A stretch of 64,000 nt of DNA from Candidatus Moraniibacteriota bacterium (GTDB taxonomy: Bacteria > Patescibacteriota > Minisyncoccia > Moranbacterales > UBA1568): the NCBI GenBank assembly GCA_963778555.1, contig CAVZUR010000004.1, positions 26,190 to 90,189 on the forward strand. Direction: 5' to 3'. A program made the position numbers and the translations under genes. Positions 1 through 10,104 of this stretch are shown piece by piece. The notes below the pieces were generated by a model. It worked only from the letters and a program-made list of their open reading frames with translations, did not search any database and was not told where the DNA came from. Numbering within the stretch: the first letter of the stretch is position 1; the number at the start of each line of letters is the position of its first letter.

Positions 1-798
1 GGCCGCCATGTCAGCTGCCGCATCACCCTCGTCGAAACGGATTCGATCGAGACAACCGGCGGCGCGGAACGTCTCGCGCACCTCTTCACGCTTCAGCCGA
101 TCGGCCTCGTTCTTGATCCGGCAGGCGAAGAGGAAGATGAATGGTTCGGCAACCGCCCCATTGAAATGCCGGATGAGCGCTTCGACGAGGTAATCAGTCG
201 CGCCGAGCCGAGTGTATTCGCCGGGGTAAACAACAAGAAAATCATCGCCTAAGAGCCGGTACCGATCAAGGACAGCCTGGCTTTTCGGACGCGGCTGATA
301 GTGATTGAGATCGATGCCGGGATAGATGCGTTCAACATTCGTACAGCCGAGCGCTTCAAGTCTGCGCTTTGTCGCATCCGTATAAACCGTAAGCTGGTCC
401 GCAAAAAGCAGTTGTTTGAGGGCCGCCGGGCCGTACAGATCAGTGCGTAGCGTTGCGATGGTCTGAATCGTTCGGCCTTTTGTCGGTGCCGCAAAGGCGC
501 GGATGATACTGGTATTGAATCGCGTCGGGGTAAAGAGATAGTGTGTTATATCAAAACTGTCACGCTGCGACCGGAGATACCGAAAGAGATCACGCTTGGA
601 TCGGAAGTCAAAGGTGGGGGAAGCATAGATGGGCACTGCCCGGGCCGATGCGGGCAGTTCTCCGAGCGAAGTACCAGCCGAGGTGAGCAGAGTCAAGGCA
701 TGACCCGTCACGCTTTTTCCGAGGAAGTATGCGAAATTCTTCGAGGCCTCGTCCCAGGGAGGTGTAATCGGGCGGGTCGCGAGGAGGACATGCTTCAT
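1..798 (-). CDS. Glycosyltransferase family 4 (GT1-domain), C-terminus runs off the window edge
   Basis: Hand translation of the minus strand gives one uninterrupted frame from ATG (complement of 796-798) to position 1: MKHVLLATRPITPPWDEASKNFAYFLGKSVTGHALTLL...VYPGEYTRLGATDYLVEALI...FIFLFACRIKNEADRLKREEV. It is absent from the ORF track because it has no stop inside the window. Its ATG overlaps the TGA of the upstream gene (ATGA). Confidence 0.65.
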   Translation of the reverse strand, partial: MKHVLLATRPITPPWDEASKNFAYFLGKSVTGHALTLLTSAGTSLGELPASARAVPIYASPTFDFRSKRDLFRYLRSQRDSFDITHYLFTPTRFNTSIIRAFAAPTKGRTIQTIATLRTDLYGPAALKQLLFADQLTVYTDATKRRLEALGCTNVERIYPGIDLNHYQPRPKSQAVLDRYRLLGDDFLVVYPGEYTRLGATDYLVEALIRHFNGAVAEPFIFLFACRIKNEADRLKREEVRETFRAAGCLDRIRFDEGDAAADMAA

Positions 799-1157
799 AG
801 CGAACGATAAATGGTCTCGTCGCGGCCCTCATGCGAAACGGTGATGGTGATACGATCGGATTGTGGCGGAAAATCGACCGTGGGGGCATGAGTGAAGTCC
901 GTGCCCGGCGCGACGGACAGTTCGCCCTCGGTAAGCATCCTCCCATCGCTCGAGATGGTGTAGCGGAAGATATTGCTCGCTGTGTGGTTCGAGACGACGA
1001 AAACGAGACTCGTTTCCTCTCTTGGTTCGGCGAAGGAGAGGCTCCACCAGTTTTTCTCACGGTTCGGATCGAGCCCGCGCTCATTCATCAAAAACAAGTA
1101 CCCTGTGGTCAGGGAAAAAAGGAAAAAAAGGCTCAGCCACAAGCGTTTTTCAGTCAT
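795..1157 (-). CDS. Small membrane-anchored/secreted hypothetical protein
   Basis: ORF 795..1274, with a likely start at MTEKRLWLSLFFLFSLTTGYLF (N-terminal TM/signal). Its stop overlaps the ATG of the downstream GT4 gene. Confidence 0.4.
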   Translation of the reverse strand: MTEKRLWLSLFFLFSLTTGYLFLMNERGLDPNREKNWWSLSFAEPREETSLVFVVSNHTASNIFRYTISSDGRMLTEGELSVAPGTDFTHAPTVDFPPQSDRITITVSHEGRDETIYRSL

Positions 1158-1246
1158 AGAGACTCTTCCAGTATACCGTATCCAGCGTGATTTTCCAGGG
1201 TGTAATTGACGCTTCCGAAGGCTCTCTCTATCATGCCGGTACGAGT

Positions 1247-2266
1247 ATGCCTCATGATCCAGCGTCGCCGCCAATTTTTAAGAAAATACCAGTCACACTC
1301 CTGACGGGCTTTCTGGGCGCGGGCAAGACAACATTGCTCAATCACCTGCTTCGGACGAAAACGACTGAGAAAATCGTGGTCATCGTAAATGAATTTGGCG
1401 CCGTTGATATCGACGGAACGCTCGTGGTGGGCGGGGAAGAGCATCTCGTGACACTTGATAACGGCTGTATCTGCTGCACGGTCCGGAATGATCTCATTGA
1501 GACATTGACCGACCTCCTCAAGCGGCGGTTGCAGATGGACGGCGCGGCTCCACTCGAATTTGATCGAGTGGTCATCGAGACGACTGGCTTGGCGGATCCA
1601 ATCCCGCTCATCCAGACATTTATGCTCGATGAAGTGCTCATGACGGCGTATGAAATATCGGCGGTCGTGACCGTGGTTGATGCGTTGCATATCGGCAAGC
1701 AGCTCGGCTATCTTCCGGTCGCGGCGGAACAGATCGCGCTCGCCGATCTCATTCTCTTGAGCAAGACCGACCTTCTTCCAGCAGCGGAGCGGGTGGCGGT
1801 GGAGTCGCGCATTCGGCAGATCAATCCCAGCGCTCTAATCGTATCGGCTGTGATGGGTGCGGTGCCGAATGCGGAACTTTTTCAGGAACGGCGCTTCTTT
1901 TCAGCGCCCCAACTGCCCCAAGCTGAATCGGGACACCTTGATCATGAACGAAGCGAACACCTCGATCAGATTCAAAGCGTCGCGCTCATGACTGATGTTC
2001 CACTTGATCTCGATCGCTTGTATGCCTGGATTGGGGAACTGCAGAACAGTCTCGGCCCGAATCTTCTCCGCTACAAAGGGACCCTTGCGACAACCGAATG
2101 GCCGAAGCAGCGCGCCGTGCTCCAGGGCGTGCATATGCTGTACACCGTCACGCCGGAACGTGCCTGGCAAGACGGCGAAATGCATACGTCAGCCATCGTC
2201 GTTATCGGTCAGGCGCTCGATCCGGTGCAGATCCAAAACACATTTCAAAGGATGGTGACGGGTTGA
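1247..2266 (+). CDS. CobW/COG0523 family GTPase (putative zinc metallochaperone, ZigA/YciC-like)
   Basis: P-loop GFLGAGKTTLL, metal-binding CICC motif and CobW-type C-terminal domain. In-frame ATG at 1247 (MPHDPASPPIFKKIPVTLLTGFLGAGKT); the track's 1187 start is GTG. Confidence 0.8.
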   Translation: MPHDPASPPIFKKIPVTLLTGFLGAGKTTLLNHLLRTKTTEKIVVIVNEFGAVDIDGTLVVGGEEHLVTLDNGCICCTVRNDLIETLTDLLKRRLQMDGAAPLEFDRVVIETTGLADPIPLIQTFMLDEVLMTAYEISAVVTVVDALHIGKQLGYLPVAAEQIALADLILLSKTDLLPAAERVAVESRIRQINPSALIVSAVMGAVPNAELFQERRFFSAPQLPQAESGHLDHERSEHLDQIQSVALMTDVPLDLDRLYAWIGELQNSLGPNLLRYKGTLATTEWPKQRAVLQGVHMLYTVTPERAWQDGEMHTSAIVVIGQALDPVQIQNTFQRMVTG

Positions 2267-2348
2267 TATTGGCCCGCTACTCTTAACGCTTGCTGAAAAC
2301 TGCCAGCGTGCTATATTCGAAGCACGCATTTTACCAAGGAGAAAAGCG

Positions 2349-2636
2349 ATGAGTGAGACCACTCTCACACCAGTCACAGCCGCCGTTCCGCACGAACAGT
2401 TGATTTCTCTCGTTGAGACATTACTTATCCATCCGAAGGATAAAGTCAGTCTCCTTACGCTCGTTGAGCTCACGCCCGGAAGGACCGAGGCAGATTTTTG
2501 GGCGTCGTGGGCTCAAGCCGGAGATCTCAAGGAAATGAACCACGTCGGTCCGAAGGATCTGTTTCGTCAGCTTGCGACCAGACTGGCCAGCTCTGGAGTG
2601 GTAATGAGGTCACTGCTTCCCGCTGATGGCTTTTGA
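2349..2636 (+). CDS. Hypothetical protein (95 aa)
   Basis: Clean ORF with a good SD (aaggagaaaagcgATG); no recognisable domain. Confidence 0.45.
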   Translation: MSETTLTPVTAAVPHEQLISLVETLLIHPKDKVSLLTLVELTPGRTEADFWASWAQAGDLKEMNHVGPKDLFRQLATRLASSGVVMRSLLPADGF

Positions 2637-2667
2637 ATCTCGCGATCAGCCTCTCGCGAGAGAGTCA

Positions 2668-2706
2668 GAAAAACCCGTATCGAGCAAACGCTCGTACGGG
2701 TTTTCA
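2668..2706. terminator. Bidirectional rho-independent terminator between convergent genes
   Basis: A-run, then the imperfect hairpin cccgtatcgagc/gctcgtacggg, then TTTT, located between the 3' ends of 2349..2636 (+) and 2728..4650 (-). Confidence 0.5.
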
Positions 2707-2727
2707 ATATCAAAAGATATTAGATTA

Positions 2728-4650
2728 TCAGGGTGAGCGTTCAAAGATGGCAGCTGTTCCGCTGGAATAGATTTTTGAAAAAGCATCGGTCTTTTCGAAC
2801 TGCGTGCTGTCATAGAGAGGATTGACGACGAGGTAACGGACGCCTGTCTCCCGATAACACCGTTCGCCGCCGGAGGTGTTCGGCGTCGAAATCATGGCAA
2901 GTGAGCAGCGTTCTCGCCGATTGCCGCCTTCTTCATAGCGGCTGAAGAGTCCGCGCGAGAGCGGATAGCCGTAATCGCGGTGGAAGAAGAGCTTCATCCA
3001 CGCATCAGCGGAGAGATAATTGTGGTCCTTCAGGATCATCTCGTTATCGGTGTGGTCGGCGAGGTATTCGGTCGCCGCAAAGGTCTGGACGAGTTCGCGT
3101 GAGCGATCTTTTGCTGTGAGTGAGCTCGCATTATCGAAGGAACCAGAGCCGATGAGAAAGACAGTAACCGCGGCAAGCGTCAGGGCTCGCAGGGAAATAG
3201 GGAGGGTCACGCGCTGCCAGAGCGAGGCCGTGAGCCAGGCGAGAGCAAAGGCCGCTGCAAGTGCGGTTGGATAGGCGAGGTAGCTCCCGATCCGGCTCGA
3301 GGGGATGTCGAGGAGGAGAAGATGTGGGTACATGGCCATGACCAAGAGTATGCCGCCCCAGCCAAGGATGAAGGCGCTCTCGATTGGCCGGCGGCGGATG
3401 GCGAACACGGCGAGCGTCAAGCCATAGAGTCCGAGCGCGACTTTGCCCATGCCGATAGAGTTAGAGACTTGGAGGAAAGACAGTCCCGTGCGGGTGGTTT
3501 TCGTCGGGGTGCCGATGGCGGAATCAATGGCGGCGGTGTCGAGATAGGTGGGGATGGCGACGAGACCCATGAAAAGCCCAGCGATGACGATGAATGACAA
3601 GACCAACGGCGAGACAGCAAGACGCATCCAGTCGCGGATGAAATCCTGCTTCATGCTCATGAGGCTGAGCGCCGTGATGGCAATCGTGCCAGCAAGGATG
3701 AAGGCGAGGACGAGGGTCGAAAGGTGATGGGTATAAGCGAGGATGAACGCGAAGAACAGTCCGAGTGCAATGAAGACGGCCCGCCGCTCGAAGAGCCCGC
3801 GGTAGAAGAGGAGAAGCACGGCGGGGATGAAGAGATTGCCAAAGATATTGCCGACGACTCCGCCAGTCACAAATTTTGTCTGGGGCGAGGCGAGCGCGAA
3901 GAGGGGGCCCAGGATGAGAAGTGCGAAGAGAGCGACATATTCGGGATGAATGTCTTTGGCAAATGGCTGAGCCAATCGAAAGGCGAGGGCGACGACCACA
4001 AGAACAGAAAGGAGATTGATGATATGCAGGAACAGGATCGGGAAGGCGCTCGTCATTGCGAGGCCCGAGAGCTCTGAGAGCAAGGCAAACGGCAAGTGCT
4101 CACCGATGATGAAGTCTGCGATGGCTCGTGGCGGTGCAACGCTCGCTACACCGGTTGCTGGATCGATGACGATCTCGATCTTCTCATAGTTTGGCAGCAA
4201 CTTTGTCTCGCGGATCATCTCGGACCAGTACATGTGATGGCCGAGATCGGTCGCGGTCGGCAGGATGTTCGGTGCGAGGTAGATAGTCCGGATGAAGAGA
4301 GTGAGCGCACAGAGCACCAAGAAAATACGGAGGCCCTGCTTCGTGAAAGTCGGTACGGATTCGATTATCGTCCCAGAGAGCGGTTTCCGTGCCCAGAGCA
4401 TTGCTCCACCGATGAGGGTGAGGAAGAGGAGTGAACCACCGATATACGGCACTGAGAGCGGTAGTCCGACACGGCCGAGGAGGAGCATGATAAGATCGAC
4501 GGCCGCAAGACTCGTGAGGAAGCCGAAGACGATCTCTTCGAGTCTGGAAAATGTACGGCCGAATATCGCCCGCCACCAGATGAAGCCGGGGACGAAGAAG
4601 GCACCAACGAGGGCAAGGAGAAAGGAGGATGTGTGGAAGAGAGTGTCCAT
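2728..4650 (-). CDS. Polytopic membrane protein, putative GT-C-fold glycosyltransferase (ArnT/PMT/YfhO-like) with a C-terminal extracytoplasmic domain
   Basis: 640 aa with at least 12 predicted TM helices and a hydrophilic C-terminal region of about 150 aa. It is the last gene of a glycosylation operon (4 nt from the upstream GT4). Confidence 0.55.
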   Translation of the reverse strand: MDTLFHTSSFLLALVGAFFVPGFIWWRAIFGRTFSRLEEIVFGFLTSLAAVDLIMLLLGRVGLPLSVPYIGGSLLFLTLIGGAMLWARKPLSGTIIESVPTFTKQGLRIFLVLCALTLFIRTIYLAPNILPTATDLGHHMYWSEMIRETKLLPNYEKIEIVIDPATGVASVAPPRAIADFIIGEHLPFALLSELSGLAMTSAFPILFLHIINLLSVLVVVALAFRLAQPFAKDIHPEYVALFALLILGPLFALASPQTKFVTGGVVGNIFGNLFIPAVLLLFYRGLFERRAVFIALGLFFAFILAYTHHLSTLVLAFILAGTIAITALSLMSMKQDFIRDWMRLAVSPLVLSFIVIAGLFMGLVAIPTYLDTAAIDSAIGTPTKTTRTGLSFLQVSNSIGMGKVALGLYGLTLAVFAIRRRPIESAFILGWGGILLVMAMYPHLLLLDIPSSRIGSYLAYPTALAAAFALAWLTASLWQRVTLPISLRALTLAAVTVFLIGSGSFDNASSLTAKDRSRELVQTFAATEYLADHTDNEMILKDHNYLSADAWMKLFFHRDYGYPLSRGLFSRYEEGGNRRERCSLAMISTPNTSGGERCYRETGVRYLVVNPLYDSTQFEKTDAFSKIYSSGTAAIFERSP

Positions 4651-4654
4651 GGGT

Positions 4655-5740
4655 TTAGTGAGTATTCGTTACGCTTTTCATGAAATCCACAAGGAGGGCA
4701 GCATAGCGTCGGCCGATAACACCCCAGTCGAAATATTCCGCAGTGAACGCCTGGCCGCGAAGCCGCTCTTCCTCTCGGGCGGTTTTGTCACGAAGCGATG
4801 TGATGGCTAGAGCGAAAGCCGGGGCATCGAGCGGTGCGACAAGCCGGCCGTTCTGTCCGTTGCTCACGGCATCGGCGAGACCCTCGAGTCGGGATGCAAC
4901 GACGGGGAGTCCAGCGGCGCTCGCTTCGATCACAGCGATGCCGAATCCTTCCATATCGCCCGGGACGGGGATATTGGGCTGAACGAAAACATCGGCGTTG
5001 GCGAGGAGAACTTTTTTGTTGGCATCATTTACTCGACCGAGGAGATGGACTCGCGCCTTGGCGTTCGTCTCGGTAATCGTCTCTCGAATGACAACTTCCT
5101 CTGGGCCGGAACCGGCGACGACATAGTGGAACTCGGGCGGGAGGAGTGGCAAGACATGGCGGATAAACCAGGCAGCACCCTTGCGTTTAACGAGTCGGCC
5201 GACCGTGAGGAGGATGACAGACTCGGTCGTATCGAATCCGAGGAGACTGGACAACATAGCGCGATCGCTCGGGAAGCGAAAGCGGGCTGACTCGATACCG
5301 TTCGGGATGACGAAGATCTTTGACTCGTCGAAACCGCGCTGTACGGCCTCGTCTTTGGTTGCATGGCTGACGGCGATTGCACCATCGAGACTACGAAACG
5401 CACCGTGGACCCAGAGTTTCTGGTAGAGTCCTGACCGATAGGTAATGTCAAGGCCATGGAGGACGGAGACGACGGCCTTTCTCGGATAGAAGAGCTTGGC
5501 GATAGCGCCCAGGAGTGCGAGGACGCCGTCACCGAGGAGGAGCACATCGTGCCTTGGCAGAAGCCAGATCGTTTGGATGATTGCCCATGGATAAAAGATT
5601 GGGAGGAAGCGTTTCCCGCGGCGATTAGCGATGAGCGTCAGCGTGCACTCCTGGCCAAGAAAACGAGCGAGCTCGGCATTCTGCTGTTCGATGCCACCAA
5701 CGCTCGGAGGGAAGGAGCGAGAGACGAAGAGAATACGCAT
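4655..5740 (-). CDS. Glycosyltransferase family 4
   Basis: N-terminus MRILFVSRSFPPSVGGIEQ and C-terminal GT1 motif EGFGIAVIEASAAGLPVVASRLEGL. Confidence 0.8.
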   Translation of the reverse strand: MRILFVSRSFPPSVGGIEQQNAELARFLGQECTLTLIANRRGKRFLPIFYPWAIIQTIWLLPRHDVLLLGDGVLALLGAIAKLFYPRKAVVSVLHGLDITYRSGLYQKLWVHGAFRSLDGAIAVSHATKDEAVQRGFDESKIFVIPNGIESARFRFPSDRAMLSSLLGFDTTESVILLTVGRLVKRKGAAWFIRHVLPLLPPEFHYVVAGSGPEEVVIRETITETNAKARVHLLGRVNDANKKVLLANADVFVQPNIPVPGDMEGFGIAVIEASAAGLPVVASRLEGLADAVSNGQNGRLVAPLDAPAFALAITSLRDKTAREEERLRGQAFTAEYFDWGVIGRRYAALLVDFMKSVTNTH

Positions 5741-6694
5741 TTATTTGAGATACTTGTCTTTCTTGATGAGGTAGCTGAGGTCTTCTGTGAGTTTTCGGCT
5801 TGTTTTGATCATATCGGCGATGAAAGCGAAAACGAGGAGCTGAATGCCAACGAGGAATGTGACACTGCCAAAGAGGAGATAATTTAGATACGGTGTCACC
5901 TTGAAATCGTGAGACAGATATTGGACCAGGAAACTGCCGAAGGCAAGAAAGGAAAGCGTGACAAGGATGAGTCCCGGGATGCCAAAAAATTTCATCGGCC
6001 GGACATCGCGCACCGCCTTCAGGATGATGCGAGCGCTATTGTTGACAAAACTGTAGACGCTTTTCACAATCTTGGATTGGCGATCAGCGAAATAAGTGAC
6101 TTGGACCGGCACCCAGAGCACACGTAAGTTCTTCCCGATCGCGTCGATGATCGTTTCTTGCGTGTAGGTGAATCCAGTCGGATTGTTCAAGCGGAGCAGG
6201 GTCTCCCGGCTATGGGCACGAAATCCACACGTCAGATCGACAGTCTGAACATTCAGGAATGAACCAACCAGAGAGGCTCCGAGACGATTGAAGAATTCCT
6301 TGATCCAAGGAATGTTCTTGGCCGTCGATTGGGAAAAACGATCGCCGACGACCATATCGGCACGGTTCTCGATGATCGGGTCGATGAGCAGCTGAATTTC
6401 CTTGGAATCGAATTGACCGTCGGCATCGATATTCACCATGATGTCGGCGCCCTCACGGAGAGCATTTTCGCTCGCCGTCGCGAACATGACGCCGAGCTTG
6501 CGGTTGATAAGATGTTTGAGAACGAAATCCGCTCCTGCCGATTGAGCGACGTGGGCCGTCCGATCCGTCGATCCGTCGTCGACAACCTGTATGAACACCT
6601 CATCGACCCCCCGAAAATGGCGGGGCATGTTTCTCACGGTATCACCGACGACCGCTTCTTCATTGAAAGCCGGAATATTGATGATGAGGCGCAT
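5741..6694 (-). CDS. Glycosyltransferase family 2, polyprenyl-phosphate sugar transferase type (Dpm1/GtrB/ArnC-like) with two C-terminal TM helices
   Basis: INIPAFNEE...VVDDGSTDRT...DADGQ motifs and a C-terminal membrane anchor. Abuts the downstream GT4 with no spacer. Confidence 0.8.
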   Translation of the reverse strand: MRLIINIPAFNEEAVVGDTVRNMPRHFRGVDEVFIQVVDDGSTDRTAHVAQSAGADFVLKHLINRKLGVMFATASENALREGADIMVNIDADGQFDSKEIQLLIDPIIENRADMVVGDRFSQSTAKNIPWIKEFFNRLGASLVGSFLNVQTVDLTCGFRAHSRETLLRLNNPTGFTYTQETIIDAIGKNLRVLWVPVQVTYFADRQSKIVKSVYSFVNNSARIILKAVRDVRPMKFFGIPGLILVTLSFLAFGSFLVQYLSHDFKVTPYLNYLLFGSVTFLVGIQLLVFAFIADMIKTSRKLTEDLSYLIKKDKYLK

Positions 6695-6697
6695 AGG

Positions 6698-6937
6698 TTA
6701 TTTCTTATGAATAAGCAGTTTCGGATCAAAGCACTGCCACTGGCATTTTTCCTTGACACCCTCGAGGCCAGTCTTCACCAGGTCCGCTTGGCATTGACGG
6801 AGCACCTGTTCGCACTGGGCTTTCCGGTCTGAGAAATACTCCCAGTTGATGCTGTAACCCATAAGCACCAGAAAAAAATAGGCGACGACCGCCATGCCTG
6901 CGAGCCAGATTGCGAGTCGTACAAGGCCGAAGAGCAT
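6698..6937 (-). CDS. Small membrane protein with a Cys-rich tail (hypothetical)
   Basis: 79 aa, N-terminal TM (LAIWLAGMAVVAYFFLVLMG) and four Cys in the tail. Tightly packed between the dehydrogenase and GT2 genes. Confidence 0.35.
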   Translation of the reverse strand: MLFGLVRLAIWLAGMAVVAYFFLVLMGYSINWEYFSDRKAQCEQVLRQCQADLVKTGLEGVKEKCQWQCFDPKLLIHKK

Positions 6938-6942
6938 AGCGG

Positions 6943-8235
6943 TTATGATCGGCCGATGCCGTGATAGCGGACTCCGGAGCGCGCGAAATCTGACTTGCTG
7001 AAAGCGTTCTTGCCGTCAATGAAGATTTTTACCCCATGTTTTTTGAGGAGTTCAGGTGTTATTGTTTCGCGAAACTCACGGTGATCAGTCGCGAGGATGA
7101 CGGCGGTCGATTTCTTCAACAGATTGACCAGACGCTTTTCAGTCGAGTGGGACGGAACGTGTGGATCATGCGTGATGACGGTTGCGTGGTGTCGCTTGAG
7201 AGCCTCGATAATCTTGAGCGCTGGGGATTCCCGGCGATCATCGATATTCGCCTTGTACGCGATGCCGAGAACGCCTACGATCGTACCGTTCAGAGCCAGT
7301 CGTTCGTCATTTAGGGCATCCTGAAGCAGCTCGACCGCATAGGCCGGCATGCTGTTGTTGATTTCGCGCGCGATCTTTAGGAAGCGGTGATCAAAGCCAG
7401 ATTGTTTTGCACGCTCAATAAGGTAATAGGGGTCGACCGGGATGCAGTGTCCGCCGACGCCGCAGGACGGATAGTGGGCCATGAAAGCGAACGGCTTGGT
7501 CGCGGCGCCGTCGATGACGTCTTTCGTATCGATGCCGAGTACGTCGAAGGATTTGGCCAACTCATTCACGAACGCAATATTGATGTCGCGGAACGAGTTC
7601 TCAACGATCTTCACCGCCTCGGCTTCGCGGATGGATTTCATCGGTCGGATTTCAGCATCGACGATCGATTGGTAAAAATGCAGCGCCTTCTCAAGACCGG
7701 CGGCATCGAACGAGCCGACGACCCGCGGAATATTCGTCACGTTCCATTTCACATCACCGGGGTTGATGCGCTCCGGGCAATGAGCGATGGAAATGTCACG
7801 GCCCACCCGTTTGTTGTGGCTTTCGAAAATCGGCCGAATGATCTCTTCTGAAACGCCAGGATTGACCGTCGATTCCAGGACGACCAAGGCACCTTTTTTC
7901 GCATTGCGGGCAACGAGTTGAGAAGCGTTTATCACGGGGGCCAAGTCAGGGTAGAATGACTCATCGACTGGCGTCGGCACGCAGATGAGGAAGATATCCG
8001 CCGCGCGAAGCTCTTTTTCATCGGTTGTGGGCCGGAATTTGTACCGCTCGATGTTCTCCTTCAAAAAAGGGTCCTCAATAGGTGAGACACCTTTCCGGAG
8101 GAGCGCAATCTTCTCCCGGCTCGTATCGAAGCCGATGACTGAGTATCCGCGCTCGCTCGCTCGAAGTGCGAGGGGAAGACCGACATAACCAAGGCCGATG
8201 ACGGCCACTGTTTCTTTCTTTGCCATAGAGACCAT
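6943..8235 (-). CDS. UDP-glucose/GDP-mannose 6-dehydrogenase family nucleotide-sugar dehydrogenase (Ugd/WecC-like)
   Basis: NAD-binding VAVIGLGYVGLP, catalytic Cys in GGHCIPVDP, and a typical three-domain length of 430 aa. Confidence 0.85.
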   Translation of the reverse strand: MVSMAKKETVAVIGLGYVGLPLALRASERGYSVIGFDTSREKIALLRKGVSPIEDPFLKENIERYKFRPTTDEKELRAADIFLICVPTPVDESFYPDLAPVINASQLVARNAKKGALVVLESTVNPGVSEEIIRPIFESHNKRVGRDISIAHCPERINPGDVKWNVTNIPRVVGSFDAAGLEKALHFYQSIVDAEIRPMKSIREAEAVKIVENSFRDINIAFVNELAKSFDVLGIDTKDVIDGAATKPFAFMAHYPSCGVGGHCIPVDPYYLIERAKQSGFDHRFLKIAREINNSMPAYAVELLQDALNDERLALNGTIVGVLGIAYKANIDDRRESPALKIIEALKRHHATVITHDPHVPSHSTEKRLVNLLKKSTAVILATDHREFRETITPELLKKHGVKIFIDGKNAFSKSDFARSGVRYHGIGRS

Positions 8236-8315
8236 AGAGATAGGGGATGGGGCTGGCTACGCTAGTCGTATTGTACGGAAAATGCCTATCGGCAGCAAGG
8301 CCGGAAAGAGTAAGT

Positions 8316-8344
8316 TTGGCTTTAAATAAAGAAAAGAATACAAT
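8316..8344 (+). promoter_or_regulatory. Putative sigma70-type promoter for the HD-hydrolase gene
   Basis: TTGGCT, 17 nt spacer, TACAAT, with the ATG 12 nt downstream. Confidence 0.35.
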
Positions 8345-8356
8345 ATCGCTAGACCT

Positions 8357-8965
8357 ATGCTTCTCACGGATTCCATCTTTCGGGCCATCGAACGGGCAAC
8401 CGCGCTCCACCATGGGCAAACGCGGCGGATCACTGGCGTGCCGTATATTGTGCATCCCTATTCCGTCAGCTTCCTCTTGGCGCACCACACCGACGATGAA
8501 TCGGTCATCATCGCGGGGCTGCTGCATGATGTGCTTGAAGACGTGCCGCGGTATACGCGGGAGATGCTAGAGGCGGAGTTTGGACCGAAGGTCGCACGAT
8601 TAGTGGCGGAAGTGACCGAGGATAACTCAATCTATGAGGAGCATCAAGAACTCTCCCATCCCGAGCGTGTCCGACTCAAGAAAGTGGACTACCTCGCACG
8701 TCTCGCGGATGATTCTCAGGGTGCGCTCATGATCGCCGCAGCGGACAAGATTTGCAATACTCGGTCGTTCCTTGCAGAGTATCCGCAGCTCGGTTCAAAG
8801 TTCTGGGAGCTGTATCGTGGGACGCCCGAAAACTATCTTCGATTTTCCCGAGCAGTGAACGCTGTCATTCAATCAAAGTTGGACCATCCATTGGCGGCGG
8901 ATCTCGATCGCGTAACAAAACTTGCGGAAACGCTTATTCAAACTACTGAGTCAACCGTATGCTAA
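8357..8965 (+). CDS. HD-domain hydrolase of the RelA/SpoT (p)ppGpp-hydrolase family (small alarmone hydrolase-like)
   Basis: ALHHGQTRR...PYIVHP...AGLLHDVLEDV (HD motif), about 200 aa. Confidence 0.65.
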   Translation: MLLTDSIFRAIERATALHHGQTRRITGVPYIVHPYSVSFLLAHHTDDESVIIAGLLHDVLEDVPRYTREMLEAEFGPKVARLVAEVTEDNSIYEEHQELSHPERVRLKKVDYLARLADDSQGALMIAAADKICNTRSFLAEYPQLGSKFWELYRGTPENYLRFSRAVNAVIQSKLDHPLAADLDRVTKLAETLIQTTESTVC

Positions 8966-10104
8966 TCGGTGTTAACGCGAACTTCTTTTCAAAACCCGCG
9001 ACGGGTATTGGTACGGTGACCATTGAGTTTATGCGCGCGTTGGCGAACCTTCCGGAGGGGAAAGCGCATACGTGGATTTGGTACTACGAGGGTGTCGTGC
9101 CAGTTGGCGAATGGCCAAGCAATTGGCGGTTCCAGACAGTTTCAACCTGGTGGACCCGTGACGATGTTCCGCACCGCTATCTCTGGGAACGCTTTGCCCT
9201 CGTCCGCGCTGTAAAGCATGACCGCTGCGATGCGTTCCTGAGTCTCTACCAGTCTGCGACAAGACTGCCAATGTCGCTCCGGCATGTGATGCTCGTGCAT
9301 GACCTCATCCCGAGGCGCTTCCCGGAATACCTGCGCAATGCTCGCCAGCGCTTTCACTACCAGGCAATCGAACGGGCCATCCGTGAGGTTAGTCACATCA
9401 TTGTTCCTTCGCGTTCGACTCAGCGCGATCTCGAACATTGGATCGCTGTTCCTCAGGCAAAGATAACGGTCGCGCCCCTCGGCGTCGCGACGCATTTTCA
9501 CGGGTTGCTCCCTCTGGATGTCAGAGATGGAATTCTCAAGCGTCATCGGATCAAACCGGGGTACTTGTACCATGGCGGAGGTCTGGAATTACGCAAGAAT
9601 ACTACCCTTCTACTACAAGCATACGCGAAATTAGCGCAGTCAAGCGAAAAGGAGAAACTTCCGCCACTCGTTATTAGCGGTTCAGTACACACTGAAAACA
9701 ATCCCCTCGCGACACCAGTTCGGACGCTTGTGAAAGAGCTTGGGCTCTCTGAACGGGTGCGACTATTAGATTGGGTGCCGGAGGCCGATCTGCCAGCGCT
9801 GTATCAGGGTGCGCTCGTTTTCATTTACCCCTCGCGATACGAAGGTTTCGGCTTACCGGTACTCGAAGCGTTCGCATCCGGCACCCCGGTCATCGCGACG
9901 GCTGCCGGCTCGCTCGCCGAGTTGGTGCATGATGCGGCACTGGTTGTGACAACTGATGATGTCGATGGTTTGGCGCGAGCAATCGAAACACTCGTGGCTA
10001 ACACTGACCTGCGTGCGACTCTCGGACGGCGAGGGAAACAGCGTTCCATTGACTACACTTGGCCGTCTTTCGCTTCCGCGGTCGTGTCCCGCTTGTTACA
10101 ATGA
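8959..10104 (+). CDS. Glycosyltransferase family 4
   Basis: GT1 C-terminal motif EGFGLPVLEAFASGTPVIA. Confidence 0.8.
   Translation: MLIGVNANFFSKPATGIGTVTIEFMRALANLPEGKAHTWIWYYEGVVPVGEWPSNWRFQTVSTWWTRDDVPHRYLWERFALVRAVKHDRCDAFLSLYQSATRLPMSLRHVMLVHDLIPRRFPEYLRNARQRFHYQAIERAIREVSHIIVPSRSTQRDLEHWIAVPQAKITVAPLGVATHFHGLLPLDVRDGILKRHRIKPGYLYHGGGLELRKNTTLLLQAYAKLAQSSEKEKLPPLVISGSVHTENNPLATPVRTLVKELGLSERVRLLDWVPEADLPALYQGALVFIYPSRYEGFGLPVLEAFASGTPVIATAAGSLAELVHDAALVVTTDDVDGLARAIETLVANTDLRATLGRRGKQRSIDYTWPSFASAVVSRLLQ

Noticed and set aside
5029-5547. Ser-rich 172-aa ORF (and similar S/R/P-rich ORFs at 3417..3620, 3657..3842, 4365..4616, 10330..10719, 57582..58176)
   Set aside because: They are low-complexity frames antisense or out-of-frame to well-supported genes (GT4, membrane protein, DnaB).
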